Origin: a virus
Taxonomy: Duplodnaviria > Caudoviricetes
DNA: 56,849 nucleotides
Strand: one strand, 5' to 3'
IMG/VR virus record: IMGVR_UViG_3300033076_000987
Location: 1 to 56,849 of that record
Shown: positions 56,414 through 56,849 of the stretch, in pieces
Layout of the letters: the number at the start of each line of letters is the position of its first letter
How positions within the stretch are numbered: position 1 is the first letter of the stretch
Translations under genes and position numbers: made by a program
The notes under the pieces: model-generated
The model's input: the letters and a program-made list of their open reading frames with translations, nothing else
What the model was told of the DNA's origin: nothing
The model's database searches: none

Positions 56414-56849
56414 ATGAACAAGATCAGTGATGATTTAAAAGATAAAATCCGTCAACTGGTTAAACAAGTCGTTGTTCAAGAACACTCAAATTCACAAAAA
56501 CAAATGATTAAGGAAATGCCAGGGCGATTAGCTCTGGCATGCCCTTTTTGCGGTGATTCAACAAAAGATGCTTTAAAGAAACGTGGCAATCTTTTTTGGG
56601 ATACACTACAATACCATTGTTATAACTGCGGTGAACACAGTGATGTTCATGCATTTTTAAAACACTTCGGCTTTAGACTAGGTTCTTCGGAGGATTCGAT
56701 GGCAGTAATTGATATTGTCAAAGAGAATCGCATGTCTGTGGCCAGAACAGAATCATTACAGCATGCTTTGATATTACAAGCAGCTGAACTAGCTATTCCA
56801 ATTCAAGACTTTAAAAAATTGACAGGTGCAGTAAGTATTGAACCTGGGG
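56414..56849 (+). CDS. DNA primase, T4 gp61-like (3' truncated)
   Basis: Read directly: MNKISDDLK...ACPFCGDS.KD..KKRG......YHCYNCG zinc-binding domain; runs off the window end. Confidence 0.85.
   Translation, partial: MNKISDDLKDKIRQLVKQVVVQEHSNSQKQMIKEMPGRLALACPFCGDSTKDALKKRGNLFWDTLQYHCYNCGEHSDVHAFLKHFGFRLGSSEDSMAVIDIVKENRMSVARTESLQHALILQAAELAIPIQDFKKLTGAVSIEPG

Noticed and set aside
1-56849. CRISPR array, tRNA/rRNA genes, transposases, introns or inteins
   Set aside because: No repeat-spacer periodicity, cloverleaf or such motifs seen by eye; intergenic gaps are short. A tRNAscan/Infernal run would be needed to exclude them fully.
1-56849. Stop-codon reassignment, as in some large phages
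   Set aside because: Genes up to 1590 aa are open in the standard code, and TAA, TGA and TAG all end genes at sensible positions.

Overview
AT-rich, gene-dense fragment of a large T4-like (myovirus-type) bacteriophage genome, with essentially all genes on the + strand in the standard code. The host is most likely Bacteroidota, based on TAnnTTTG/A-type promoters, A-rich leaders without Shine-Dalgarno sites and a Bacteroidota-type bS21. Layout: (1) 1-4.4 kb: end of a Gly-X-Y collagen-like fibre gene (missed by the ORF track), followed by a coupled operon of a 2OG-Fe(II) oxygenase, a GT4 glycosyltransferase, a COLGALT-like GT25 domain fused to a PLOD-like lysyl hydroxylase, and a HAD phosphatase. 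This looks like an animal-style collagen modification pathway in a phage and is the top finding. (2) 4.4-23 kb accessory region: exonuclease, Hsp20, DnaJ, bS21, PhoH, RNase HII, nucleotidase, ATP-grasp, UvsE, dCMP deaminase, DinG helicase, and a family of proteins sharing a T4-like capsid-targeting N-terminal peptide. (3) 23-53.9 kb baseplate/neck/tail module, interrupted by ribosomal protein bS1 and an amidoligase. (4) RuvC-like resolvase, FkbM methyltransferase, gp32-like SSB and the start of a primase. Three recurrent promoter classes can be read from the DNA (TATATTTR; AAAC-N16/17-RTATAA; RATAHATA, often 4 nt before ATG). There is also a sigma54-like site, a candidate ~105-nt antisense RNA inside the resolvase gene, and a T4 gene-32-like TTAAA operator. 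All protein calls come from motif recognition by eye; no database searches were run.
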